From Vicinamibacterales bacterium (GTDB taxonomy: Bacteria; Acidobacteriota; Vicinamibacteria; Vicinamibacterales; UBA8438): a stretch of DNA of 64,000 nt. Position numbers and translations under genes: made by a program. Numbering within the stretch: position 1 is the first letter of the stretch; each line of letters opens with the position of its first letter. The DNA lies in the NCBI GenBank assembly GCA_965249175.1, contig OZ252227.1:6320043-6384042 (forward strand), in the 5' to 3' direction. The notes under the pieces were generated by a model that saw nothing but the letters and a program-made list of their open reading frames with translations, was not told the DNA's origin and ran no database searches. Shown in pieces: positions 34,513-43,173 of the stretch.

Positions 34513-37500
34513 ATGAAGATGTGTCGGCTCCCTGCCTTGTGTGTCGCGTGCCTCTCACTGCTCGTGGTGGGACCGGTCGCGGCGCAAGACTCCGGCTGGC
34601 GCACCATCGAACTCGACACGGTCGAGGTCACCCGTCCCGACATCACCGTCTCGCCCGACGGCGAGTGGCTGATCTTCACCATGCTCGGCCACCTGTTCCG
34701 GGTGCCGGCCGCAGGCGGCGTGACTGAGCAGCTCACCTTCGGGCCGTACTACGACAAGGAACCAACCTTCTCGCCCGATGGCTCGCAAGTGGCTTTCGTG
34801 TCCGACCGAGACGGCAACGACGGCAATGTGTTCGTGCTGGATCCGGTGTCGGGTCGGATCGCGCAGGTCACGCGTGACGTTCGGTCTGGGTGGACCCGAC
34901 TGACGTGGACGCCGAACGGCCAGGCGATCGTGTATCTGCGATTCGCGAGGATCCCAATGGCCTCGGATGATCTGATACCGGCGCTTGTGCGTCGCGTGTC
35001 CCTGACCGGCGGCGAGCCGGCGACCATCAGTGCTCGGGCGCGGCTGTTCCGCGCGGTGTTCTACCTGCCGGATGGACGTCTGGCGTGGACGGTGGTCGAG
35101 GGTGGGACGACGCTCCGTACGCGGATCGAGGTCGTTCGTCCGGACGGGACGGTGTCTCCGCTGCGCACGCTCCGAGGCTACGCCGATCGCGTCGTCCCGA
35201 GTCCCACGGGGCGCGGACTGTACGGTCGCCACCGCCGGCCGTCGGTCTCCGGCCGCGACGAGGTGAAAACGTTATCGTTCTTTCCGCTTACGAGCGGGGC
35301 TGCGCGCGAGATCGTCTCCCTGTCGTACCGCATGTACTGGGAGCCGAAATTCGCCCTTGCGCCAGATCACACGAGCCTGTACCTGGGGGAGCAGGGGCGG
35401 CTCTGGCGGATTCGACTCCCCAGTGGCACGCGCGAACCGATCCCATTCCGCGCCCGAGTCAGGATGGAGATCCATGAGCCGGCGCCGCCACCCAGATGGG
35501 CGCCGGCGACGCCTGGGACGTCCATGCAGCCGCGCAGTGTGCTGTGGCCGAGGCTCTCGCCCGACGGCGGGACGCTGGTCTTCGGGGTGGCCCACCGTCT
35601 GTGGCGACAACCGCTCGATGCCGGCGAGGCCGAGCGGCTGCTGACTGACGACGGCCTCGCCGGCGAGGCCGAGCGGCCGCTGACTGACGACGGCCTCGCA
35701 CGCGAGGCAGAGCGGCTGCTGCTGGACGGCGGCCTCGAGTGGGCGCCGGCGTTTTCGCCCGATGGTCGCCGGCTTGCCTTCGTGCATCGCCAGGTAGGAC
35801 AGGACCATGTCAGGGTCCTCGACGTCGAGAGCCGTCAGACGCGAACAGTGGCGTCCGCGCGGGGACTGAGCGACCCCAACTGGAGCCCCGATGGAAGGCG
35901 GCTGGTTTTCGTGGAACAGGGCGACACCGGCCGCTCCCGCATTGTCGTCGTCAACGTCGCCGATGGTGACAAAGTGGTCCTCGCCGCCGTCCCGAGGTCT
36001 GGCGCCCGCCCGCATTTTTCCGCGGACGGCGAGTCGGTCTACTTCTCGTCTGGTCCAGGTGACAGCGGGACGGTCTTCCGCATATCGGTACGGCGACGCG
36101 CGCAGCCGCAGCCCATTATCCAGGTGCCTCGCGGCGTCATGGACGGTCTCGTTTCCCCGGATGGTGAATGGTTGGCCTTCCAGCGCAACCAGGAGATCTG
36201 GGTGGCGCCACTTGGCACAGAAGCCGCTGAGGAAGACAGCCTGCGGCGGCTGAGTGCTGAAGGCGGCCGCACGTTCGCATTGACGCCGGATGGCTCAGCG
36301 GCACTCTATGCCGCCGGCGCCAGCGTCTGGCAACGCCCGCTCGCGGGGGGTGAGCCGGAAGAGATCCCCCACCGGTTGACATTGCGTCGCGCCAGGCCGC
36401 GGTCGGTCCTGGTGCGGCGGGTGCGCGTGCTTGATTTCGCCACGGGTGGCTTCAGAGCGGCGACCTCTCTGTTTCTCGAGCACGGGAGCATCCGCTGGAT
36501 AGGCTCCGAACGCGACCACGTTGTTCCACCGGAGACCCAGATCATCGATGCCGGTGACCGGTTTGCCATCCCCGGGTTGTTCGAGATGCACGCGCATGGC
36601 AGCCCGAATGGCCTCCCCTACGGGCCGGCATTCCTGGCCTACGGCGTCACCGCGGTGCGCAACGTCGGCGGCTATCTTGCCTTCGAGAGAGCCCTGGCCG
36701 ATCGCGGGGAAGCCAACGGCAGTGTTCCCCGGTACTTCTTCGCGGGTGAGACCTTCCGCGGCCAGGGCGACCGACTGTCCCTTGACACCGAGGATGAGGC
36801 TCGGGACTTTGCGCGGCGCTGGAAGCACCGGGGCGCGTGGCTGATCAAGGTGTATCAGGACCTGGCGTGGCCGCTGCAACGCGCGGTGGCCGAGGAGGCC
36901 CGACGGCTGGGATTGCCGGTGGCGGGACACGCCGACTATCTGGAGCGAGCGGTCAAGAGCGTCGTCCAGGGGTACGCGAGTCTCGAGCACACGATGCCGC
37001 CAGGTCCGTATGACGACGTGCTCCAGCTGCTGGCGCGGGCCGGCACGAGGTGGGTCCCGACGCTGGCGATACGAAGCGGCAACAATGTGCGACTTCACGA
37101 AGAGCCCGAGCGGCTGGCCGACGGCAAGTTCCTTGCGTTTACGCCGACGTGGCGCGTCCGACAGGCCAGCCGGAACAGCACTGACATCAGGGACGAGTTG
37201 CCTGCGGAGTGGGCGCAGCAACTTGCGAGGATCCGCGCGGCACATCGCCGCGGCGTCACGCCCCTGCTCGGCACCGACATTTGCTGTGGACCATCGCTGC
37301 ACTGGGAACTGGAGTCTTTCGTCGAGGCGGGCATCCCGCCGCTCCAGGTGCTGCGTCTCGCCACGTGGGACGCGGCGGTTGCTGTTGGTGCGGACGACCA
37401 CCTCGGCACGCTGGAGGCCGGCAAGCTTGCGGACGTCGTTTTGCTCGATGCCAATCCTCTGGACGACATCAAGAACACGCAGACCATCTGGCGGGTGATC

Positions 37501-37563
37501 AGAGGTGGCCGGGTGTTCGATCCGGAGACGCTCCGGCGGTCCGCACAGGCTGGCCAGAACTGA
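34513..37563 (+). CDS. secreted PD40/TolB-like beta-propeller fused to an amidohydrolase domain
   Basis: Start trimmed to MKMCRLPALCVACLSLLVVGPVAAQ (GGAGAGG RBS). PD40 motifs (PTFSPDGSQVAFVSDRDG, PAFSPDGRRLAFV, PNWSPDGRRLVFV, PHFSADGESVYF). Amidohydrolase motifs AIPGLFEMHAHG...GTLEAGKLADVVLLDANPL. Confidence 0.8.
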   Translation: MKMCRLPALCVACLSLLVVGPVAAQDSGWRTIELDTVEVTRPDITVSPDGEWLIFTMLGHLFRVPAAGGVTEQLTFGPYYDKEPTFSPDGSQVAFVSDRDGNDGNVFVLDPVSGRIAQVTRDVRSGWTRLTWTPNGQAIVYLRFARIPMASDDLIPALVRRVSLTGGEPATISARARLFRAVFYLPDGRLAWTVVEGGTTLRTRIEVVRPDGTVSPLRTLRGYADRVVPSPTGRGLYGRHRRPSVSGRDEVKTLSFFPLTSGAAREIVSLSYRMYWEPKFALAPDHTSLYLGEQGRLWRIRLPSGTREPIPFRARVRMEIHEPAPPPRWAPATPGTSMQPRSVLWPRLSPDGGTLVFGVAHRLWRQPLDAGEAERLLTDDGLAGEAERPLTDDGLAREAERLLLDGGLEWAPAFSPDGRRLAFVHRQVGQDHVRVLDVESRQTRTVASARGLSDPNWSPDGRRLVFVEQGDTGRSRIVVVNVADGDKVVLAAVPRSGARPHFSADGESVYFSSGPGDSGTVFRISVRRRAQPQPIIQVPRGVMDGLVSPDGEWLAFQRNQEIWVAPLGTEAAEEDSLRRLSAEGGRTFALTPDGSAALYAAGASVWQRPLAGGEPEEIPHRLTLRRARPRSVLVRRVRVLDFATGGFRAATSLFLEHGSIRWIGSERDHVVPPETQIIDAGDRFAIPGLFEMHAHGSPNGLPYGPAFLAYGVTAVRNVGGYLAFERALADRGEANGSVPRYFFAGETFRGQGDRLSLDTEDEARDFARRWKHRGAWLIKVYQDLAWPLQRAVAEEARRLGLPVAGHADYLERAVKSVVQGYASLEHTMPPGPYDDVLQLLARAGTRWVPTLAIRSGNNVRLHEEPERLADGKFLAFTPTWRVRQASRNSTDIRDELPAEWAQQLARIRAAHRRGVTPLLGTDICCGPSLHWELESFVEAGIPPLQVLRLATWDAAVAVGADDHLGTLEAGKLADVVLLDANPLDDIKNTQTIWRVIRGGRVFDPETLRRSAQAGQN
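35620..35736 (+). repeat. in-frame 39-bp tandem repeat x3 inside the PD40-amidohydrolase gene
   Basis: Units at 35620-35658, 35659-35697 (1 mismatch) and 35698-35736 (diverged). They encode AGEAERLLTDDGL / AGEAERPLTDDGL / AREAERLLLDGGL. Confidence 0.9.
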
Positions 37564-37712
37564 GGCGTCTCGTCGCGCGCGCCACGGGCCGCAACGCGTA
37601 AGACCGCTTGATGTTGGCACCCGCGTGCGCTCACCCGGTCTCAAGCCATCCGTGTACACTCGGAGGCGCACGGACGTTGAAGTGGCGACTTGGCCTTGCG
37701 GGAGGTATGGAC

Positions 37713-38852
37713 ATGAGGCGACGACTGCTCGAGTCGCTCGGTGCGACAACGGTGTTCACAACCCTCATGGTGCTCCTGCAGCTCACCACCGTGCCGGTCG
37801 TCGGCCAGGCTCCGAGTGCGACCGCGTGGGGGCATCCAAACCTGGAGGGCATCTGGCTCGACGTCTACGCCACACCCTTTGAACGGGCGCCAGAGCTTGG
37901 CGCTCGAGAGTTCGCGACCCCCGAAGAGCGTGCCGCATTGGATCAGGCCCGTATGGGAAACGCAGGGCGTGACCGGCGCGGCCCGCCGGGGAGTCCGCAA
38001 GACGTGTCCGGGGCATACAACGCCGTCTATACCTCGGTGAAGCCAGCGGGTCCACGCACGTCGCTGGTCGTCGATCCACCGAACGGGAGGATTCCCGACT
38101 TGACGCCCGAGGCCCAGCGCGAGGACGAGGTCCGGCGCCAGTGGCGTGTCATGCTCATGCGGAACACGCCGACCTGCGAGCAAGACGCACCCGCTTGCGA
38201 GGGCGGGCAATTCGGGCCACCATCGCCGCGTCGGTTCGATGTCCCCTCCTTCTACAACACGTTGCGCATGAACCGCCACGACGGCCCTGAGGACCAGAGT
38301 TTGGGCGATCGGTGCATGCTTGGCGCCACACCCGATTTCAACGGGTTCCGCCGCATCGTGCAGGGCGGGGAGTCGATCGCGATCGGGTATGACACCGGGC
38401 AGGGCCAGGGGTTCCAGCGCGTGGTCTACCTGAGCGGGAGCCATCCGGCCAGCCAGATTCGTCTGCGGCACGGGGACTCACGTGGCCGCTGGGAGGGCGA
38501 TTCGCTGGTCATCGAGACCACGAACTTCTCGCCCAAGTTCCCCTACCGCGGTTCGGGTGAGAACCGGAAGCTCGTCGAACGATACACGCGGGTCGACGAG
38601 GATACGCTCGAGTACGAACTGACGATTGAGGACCGGACGGTGTGGGTGGCGCCGTGGACCGTCCGGCAGGAACTGAAGCGTCAGAGTGATGAGCAGAATC
38701 GGATTTACTATGAGCCGCGGTGCCACGAAGGGAACTATGGATTGGCCGCGATGTTCATCGGTGCGCGGGTTCGCGAGCAGGAATTTACGGCCGGGGGTGG
38801 TCCTAATCCGTTCTCATTGGACACCACCACGGGCGGCGGTGGTGCGCGGTAG
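37713..38852 (+). CDS. secreted protein of unknown function, tandem paralog 1
   Basis: GGAGG RBS and second ATG chosen. Signal peptide. Colinear with the next gene; most positions are identical by eye (…WGHPNLEGIWLDVYATPFERAPELG…GRWEGDSLVIETTNFSPKF…YYEPRCHEGNYGL…). Confidence 0.7.
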   Translation: MRRRLLESLGATTVFTTLMVLLQLTTVPVVGQAPSATAWGHPNLEGIWLDVYATPFERAPELGAREFATPEERAALDQARMGNAGRDRRGPPGSPQDVSGAYNAVYTSVKPAGPRTSLVVDPPNGRIPDLTPEAQREDEVRRQWRVMLMRNTPTCEQDAPACEGGQFGPPSPRRFDVPSFYNTLRMNRHDGPEDQSLGDRCMLGATPDFNGFRRIVQGGESIAIGYDTGQGQGFQRVVYLSGSHPASQIRLRHGDSRGRWEGDSLVIETTNFSPKFPYRGSGENRKLVERYTRVDEDTLEYELTIEDRTVWVAPWTVRQELKRQSDEQNRIYYEPRCHEGNYGLAAMFIGARVREQEFTAGGGPNPFSLDTTTGGGGAR

Positions 38853-38879
38853 CGAGTCGCGATGTCAGGAGGCATGGAG

Positions 38880-40019
38880 ATGAAGCGACGACTGCTCAAG
38901 TCGCTCGGTGTGGCGATGCTGATCACGAGCGCGATGGTGCTCGTGCAGCTCACCTCGGTGTCGGTGGCGGGACAGGCTCCGAGCGCGACCGCATGGGGCC
39001 ACTCCAACCTGGAAGGCATCTGGCTAGATGTGTATGCCACGCCCTTCGAGCGGGCGCCGGAGCTTGGCGATCGCGAGTTCGCCACGGCGGAAGAGCGAAC
39101 CGCACGGGATCAGGCCCGAATGATCAACCCGGGGCGCAACCGGCGCTCGGACCGCGCAGGGCAGGACGTTGCCGGCGCATACAATGCCGTCTTTACCTCG
39201 GCGAAGCCGGCTGGTCCACGTACGTCGCTTGTGGTCGATCCGCCCAACGGGAGGATTCCCGCCCTCACCCCGGAAGCCCAGCGGCAGAACGAACTACAGC
39301 GAGAGTGGCGTCTGATGCTCCTGCGAAACACGGAGACCTGCCAGAGGGAAGCTCCAGGCTGCTCCGGCGGGGAGTACGGGCCACCGTCTGCGCGCAGATT
39401 CGATGTCGCTCCGTTCTACAACACGTCGCGCATGAACCGCCACTTTGGCCCGGAGGATCAGAGCTCGGGCGACCGGTGCATGTCAGGTCGCACACCCGAT
39501 TTCAACGGGTTCCGCCGCATCGTACAGGGCGAGGATGCGATCGCGATCGGCTATGACACTGGGCAGGGCCAGGGGTTCCAGCGCGTCGTCTACCTGAGCG
39601 GGAGCCATCCGGCGAGCCAGATCCATCTGCGGCATGGGGACTCGCGTGGTCGATGGGAGGGTGACACGCTGGTCATCGAGACCTCGAATTTCTCGCCAAA
39701 GTTCCCCTTCCGCGGGTCGGGCGCGAACCGTCTGCTCGTCGAACGGTATACGCGTGTGGATGCAGACACGCTCCAACACGAGATCACGATCGATGATCCG
39801 ACGGTGTGGGCGGCGCCGTGGACCGTTCGGCAGGAACTGAAGCGTCAAAGTGACGAAGAGAACCGAATCTACTACGAGCCGCGGTGCCACGAAGGGAACT
39901 ACGGCCTGCCGGCCCTGCTCATCGGCGCGCGCGTGGATGAGCAGGCGTTTGCGGCGGGGCGCGGGCCGGATCCGTTTTCCATGGATACCGCCACGTGTGT
40001 CAATGGCTTACCGGAGTGA
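38880..40019 (+). CDS. secreted protein of unknown function, tandem paralog 2
   Basis: Same length as paralog 1 (1140 nt), same RBS/ATG arrangement (AGGAGGcatggagATG), same motifs. Confidence 0.7.
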   Translation: MKRRLLKSLGVAMLITSAMVLVQLTSVSVAGQAPSATAWGHSNLEGIWLDVYATPFERAPELGDREFATAEERTARDQARMINPGRNRRSDRAGQDVAGAYNAVFTSAKPAGPRTSLVVDPPNGRIPALTPEAQRQNELQREWRLMLLRNTETCQREAPGCSGGEYGPPSARRFDVAPFYNTSRMNRHFGPEDQSSGDRCMSGRTPDFNGFRRIVQGEDAIAIGYDTGQGQGFQRVVYLSGSHPASQIHLRHGDSRGRWEGDTLVIETSNFSPKFPFRGSGANRLLVERYTRVDADTLQHEITIDDPTVWAAPWTVRQELKRQSDEENRIYYEPRCHEGNYGLPALLIGARVDEQAFAAGRGPDPFSMDTATCVNGLPE

Positions 40020-40025
40020 GGAGCG

Positions 40026-41024
40026 ATGATGCGAAACTGGTTCAGAGGATCGACGGTTGTCGTGGCGCTGGCCGCCGCCATTGTGGGTGCCGTTGTCTCG
40101 GTCGCGGTGACCAGTACGGCCGGGCAAGGCCAAGACCAAGATCAAGACCAAAGCCAGGCGCCGCGTCCGGCGCAAACGCCCGACGGCAGGCCAAACTTCA
40201 ATGGCGTATGGCAGGCCAACAACGAAGCGCATTGGGACCTGGAAGCCCACGACGCACGTCCGGGGATGGTGACGCAGGAAGGCGTCTACCCATACGAGTA
40301 CGCGAGGGTGCCCGCAGCGCCCGTGGTGGCGCTAGGTGCCGCGGCCGGAGTGCCCGGGTCGTTGGGAGTCGTGGGGGGTGACGGTCGGATCCCCTACACA
40401 CCCGAAGCTCTCCGCAGTAAGCAGGAGAACGCCGAGAACTGGATCGACCGCGATCCAGAGCTCAAGTGCTACCTGCCCGGTATTCCGCGCGCGATGTATA
40501 TGCCCTATCCCTTCCAGATCGCCCAGGGCACGGACAAGATCCACATGACGTTCGGTTTTTCCAACGCCGCGCGTGTCATCCATCTGAACGACGTCACCGG
40601 GCCCCCGGACTATACCTATATGGGGCATTCGGTCGGACGGTGGGACGGGGACACGCTGGTCGTTGACGTGACGTACTTCAATGGCAGGACCTGGTTCGAC
40701 AGGGCCGGAAACTTTCATGGTGAGGACTTGCAGCTCACAGAGCGGTTCTCGCCGATGACGCCCGACGCCATCTGGTATGAAGTGACGGTTACTGATCCGG
40801 AGACGTTTACCCGCCCGTGGACGATCGCGATGCCGCTGTATCGGCGTCTTGAACCGAGTGCCACAGTGCTGGATTATCCCTGCATCGAGTTCGCCGAAGA
40901 GTTCATGTATGGGCACTTGCGGAGGGAGCAGCTGGTGAAGCGATGGGAAGGCGAGACCATGATCGTGGAAATCACTCGCAAGGTTCCGCCTGGCGATCTC
41001 CTTCACGAGTGGTATCGACGGTAG
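40026..41024 (+). CDS. secreted protein, distant member of the same family
   Basis: Starts 6 nt after the previous stop. Signal peptide plus a QDQDQDQ linker. Shares GRWDGDTLVVDVTYFNG..., ...ERFSPMTPDAIWYEVTVTDPETFTRPWT... with the corresponding regions of the two paralogs. Confidence 0.7.
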   Translation: MMRNWFRGSTVVVALAAAIVGAVVSVAVTSTAGQGQDQDQDQSQAPRPAQTPDGRPNFNGVWQANNEAHWDLEAHDARPGMVTQEGVYPYEYARVPAAPVVALGAAAGVPGSLGVVGGDGRIPYTPEALRSKQENAENWIDRDPELKCYLPGIPRAMYMPYPFQIAQGTDKIHMTFGFSNAARVIHLNDVTGPPDYTYMGHSVGRWDGDTLVVDVTYFNGRTWFDRAGNFHGEDLQLTERFSPMTPDAIWYEVTVTDPETFTRPWTIAMPLYRRLEPSATVLDYPCIEFAEEFMYGHLRREQLVKRWEGETMIVEITRKVPPGDLLHEWYRR

Positions 41025-41055
41025 TGCGCCGTCAGACAAGAGGGAGGCAACACCC

Positions 41056-41517
41056 ATGAGAGCGAATCACGTGATCGGGGTCCTGATTGGGGTCGCAGGG
41101 ATCTGTGCGTGGACGGCGGGAACCGGTGTGCCTGTCACGGCGCATCACGCGTTCGCGGCCGAATTCGACGCGGACAAGCCGGTCGAGTTCAGTGGCACGG
41201 TCACCGAAGTCGAGTGGATCAATCCCCACGTCTGGATCCACATTGACGTGACGCGGGATGACGGCACCGTGGAGACGTGGGCGTTCGAAGCTGGTACGCC
41301 GAACGTGCTGTTCAGGCGGGGCTTTACGCGGGACTCGCTCCTGCCCGGAACCGACGTCATGGTCGATGGGTATCAGGCGAAGGATGGAACCAACCGGGCG
41401 AACGGGCGAGACGTCACGTTTGCCGACGGGACCAAGCTGTTTCTCGGGTCGTCTGGCACCGGGGCACCCTACGAACTGGCACGACCCGGTGTAGACACCG
41501 CGGATCCTCCGCGCTAG
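41056..41517 (+). CDS. DUF6152-like secreted protein
   Basis: AGGGAGG RBS and signal peptide. AHHAFAAEFDADKPVEFSGTVTEVEWINPHVWIHIDV...WAFEAGTPNVL fits my recollection of DUF6152. Confidence 0.6.
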   Translation: MRANHVIGVLIGVAGICAWTAGTGVPVTAHHAFAAEFDADKPVEFSGTVTEVEWINPHVWIHIDVTRDDGTVETWAFEAGTPNVLFRRGFTRDSLLPGTDVMVDGYQAKDGTNRANGRDVTFADGTKLFLGSSGTGAPYELARPGVDTADPPR

Positions 41518-41550
41518 GCGGTTAGGTTGGCCCCGGTCGGTTGACAGGGT

Positions 41551-43143
41551 GTGAGCGCGAAGCCAGGCGGAGCAGTCTACCTCTCGCCGTTGAGAGGGTT
41601 CTGTCTGGTTGGGTTCTTCGCACTCGGTCTCACTGCGTTCGTTCTCGTTGACTCCGTCAGGCAGAACCCAGGGGTTCAGCGGTCGTTTCTCGGCGCCGGC
41701 GTCTTGCTGCTCGCCTGGAGCGTCCCCGTGTTCGGGCTGGCTCAGCACACGGGCCGAACGCTGACACTTGCGGTCGTTCTTCGAAAGCAGCACTACATAC
41801 AAGCCAGCGCGCAGCTCGTCTTCCTGCTGTATTGGGGCTGGTACTGGCGTCCGGTCTACGACTCGGCCCTTCTCATCGCCGCTCAACTGGTCTTTGCCTA
41901 TGCGTTCGACATGCTGCTGTGCTGGTCGCGACGCGATAGGTACACCCTTGGGTTCGGCCCGTTCCCTGTCATCCTCAGCATCAACCTGTTCCTCTGGTTC
42001 GCGGATGATTGGTTTTACCTGCAGTTTCTTCTGGTGGCGCTGGGCTTCGCGGCTAAAGAGCTGATCCGGTGGAACAAGCAGGGACGGCAAGTCCACATCT
42101 TCAATCCCTCGTCGTTTCCGCTCGCTGTTGTCTCGCTCGCCTTGATTCTCACCGGTACCAGCGACCTCACGTGGGGCCAGGACATCGCGACCACACAGTT
42201 CTTTCCTCCACACGCGTATCTGGTGTTGTTCCTGGTCGCGCTGCCAGGGCAGTACCTCTTCGGCGTGGCATCCATGACGATGTCCTCCGTGATGGCCGCC
42301 TACGCGTTCGGGCTCCTCTACTTTGCCGCGACGGGCGTCTATTTTTTCTACGACTCGTATATCCCCATTGCCGTGTTTCTTGGCATGCATCTCTTGTTCA
42401 CGGACCCGTCCACGGCGCCGAGGAGTGAGGTGGGGCGCATTATGTTCGGGGTGCTCTACGGCTTCAGCACCGTGGCGCTGTATGCGCTTCTTGGTCGTGC
42501 GGGCGTGCCGACCTTTTACGACAAGCTGCTCCTCGTGCCTGTGCTGAACCTCTCTATTCAACTGCTGGACCGCGTGGCCTCAACGGGTTGGCTCCGGCAG
42601 TTCGATCGCGTGGCGCTTGGCGGCTCGAGTAGCCCGCGCCAGCGTCATCTTGCCCATATGCTGGTCTGGGCGGCAGTGTTTGCGGTCATGAGCGCCGTCC
42701 ACGGTGTGGGCGATCGTCATCCCGGCCAGTGGGTGCCGTTTTGGCAGGAGGCCTGCAGCCAGGGGCGAACGCATGCCTGTCCGTATCTCGCTGACATGCA
42801 GGAGACGTACTGTAGGAGTGGGTCCGGGTGGGCATGCAACGAAGCCGGCATCCTTCACGTCGCGCTGGCTCGCTCGGGAGAGGATCGTCGCCGGCTCGAC
42901 CCGGCAGACGCCGCAGGGGCGCTCGGGCGCGGATGCGACCTTGGCTTCGGGCCGGCGTGCCAGAACCTCGCGAGGCTAACCTCAGGGCTCAGCTCGTTTG
43001 AGCACGGACCACCGACGCTTCAGGACTATCCGATCATCTTGCGCGGCACGAAGGGACCGATCACGGACCGCTCACCAGCGGCACTGTATGCTCGAGCGTG
43101 CAGCCAGGGCTGGGCCAACACATGTAGTGGAGGCGAGAGGTGA
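41551..43143 (+). CDS. polytopic membrane protein with a C-terminal Cys-rich (Hcp/Sel1-like) repeat region
   Basis: 530 aa with a GTG start. About 10 hydrophobic segments, then ACSQGRTHACPYL..CRSGSGWACNEAG..GCDLGFGPACQNL..ACSQGWANTCSG. Confidence 0.6.
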   Translation: MSAKPGGAVYLSPLRGFCLVGFFALGLTAFVLVDSVRQNPGVQRSFLGAGVLLLAWSVPVFGLAQHTGRTLTLAVVLRKQHYIQASAQLVFLLYWGWYWRPVYDSALLIAAQLVFAYAFDMLLCWSRRDRYTLGFGPFPVILSINLFLWFADDWFYLQFLLVALGFAAKELIRWNKQGRQVHIFNPSSFPLAVVSLALILTGTSDLTWGQDIATTQFFPPHAYLVLFLVALPGQYLFGVASMTMSSVMAAYAFGLLYFAATGVYFFYDSYIPIAVFLGMHLLFTDPSTAPRSEVGRIMFGVLYGFSTVALYALLGRAGVPTFYDKLLLVPVLNLSIQLLDRVASTGWLRQFDRVALGGSSSPRQRHLAHMLVWAAVFAVMSAVHGVGDRHPGQWVPFWQEACSQGRTHACPYLADMQETYCRSGSGWACNEAGILHVALARSGEDRRRLDPADAAGALGRGCDLGFGPACQNLARLTSGLSSFEHGPPTLQDYPIILRGTKGPITDRSPAALYARACSQGWANTCSGGER

Positions 43144-43173
43144 GCGCGCGAACGCGTGCCGGTGAGCGGTGCT

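Noticed and set aside
40127-40157. CAAGAC-type microrepeat encoding QGQDQDQDQSQ
   Set aside because: It is a short low-complexity linker directly after a signal peptide, with no evidence that it is a mobile or regulatory repeat.
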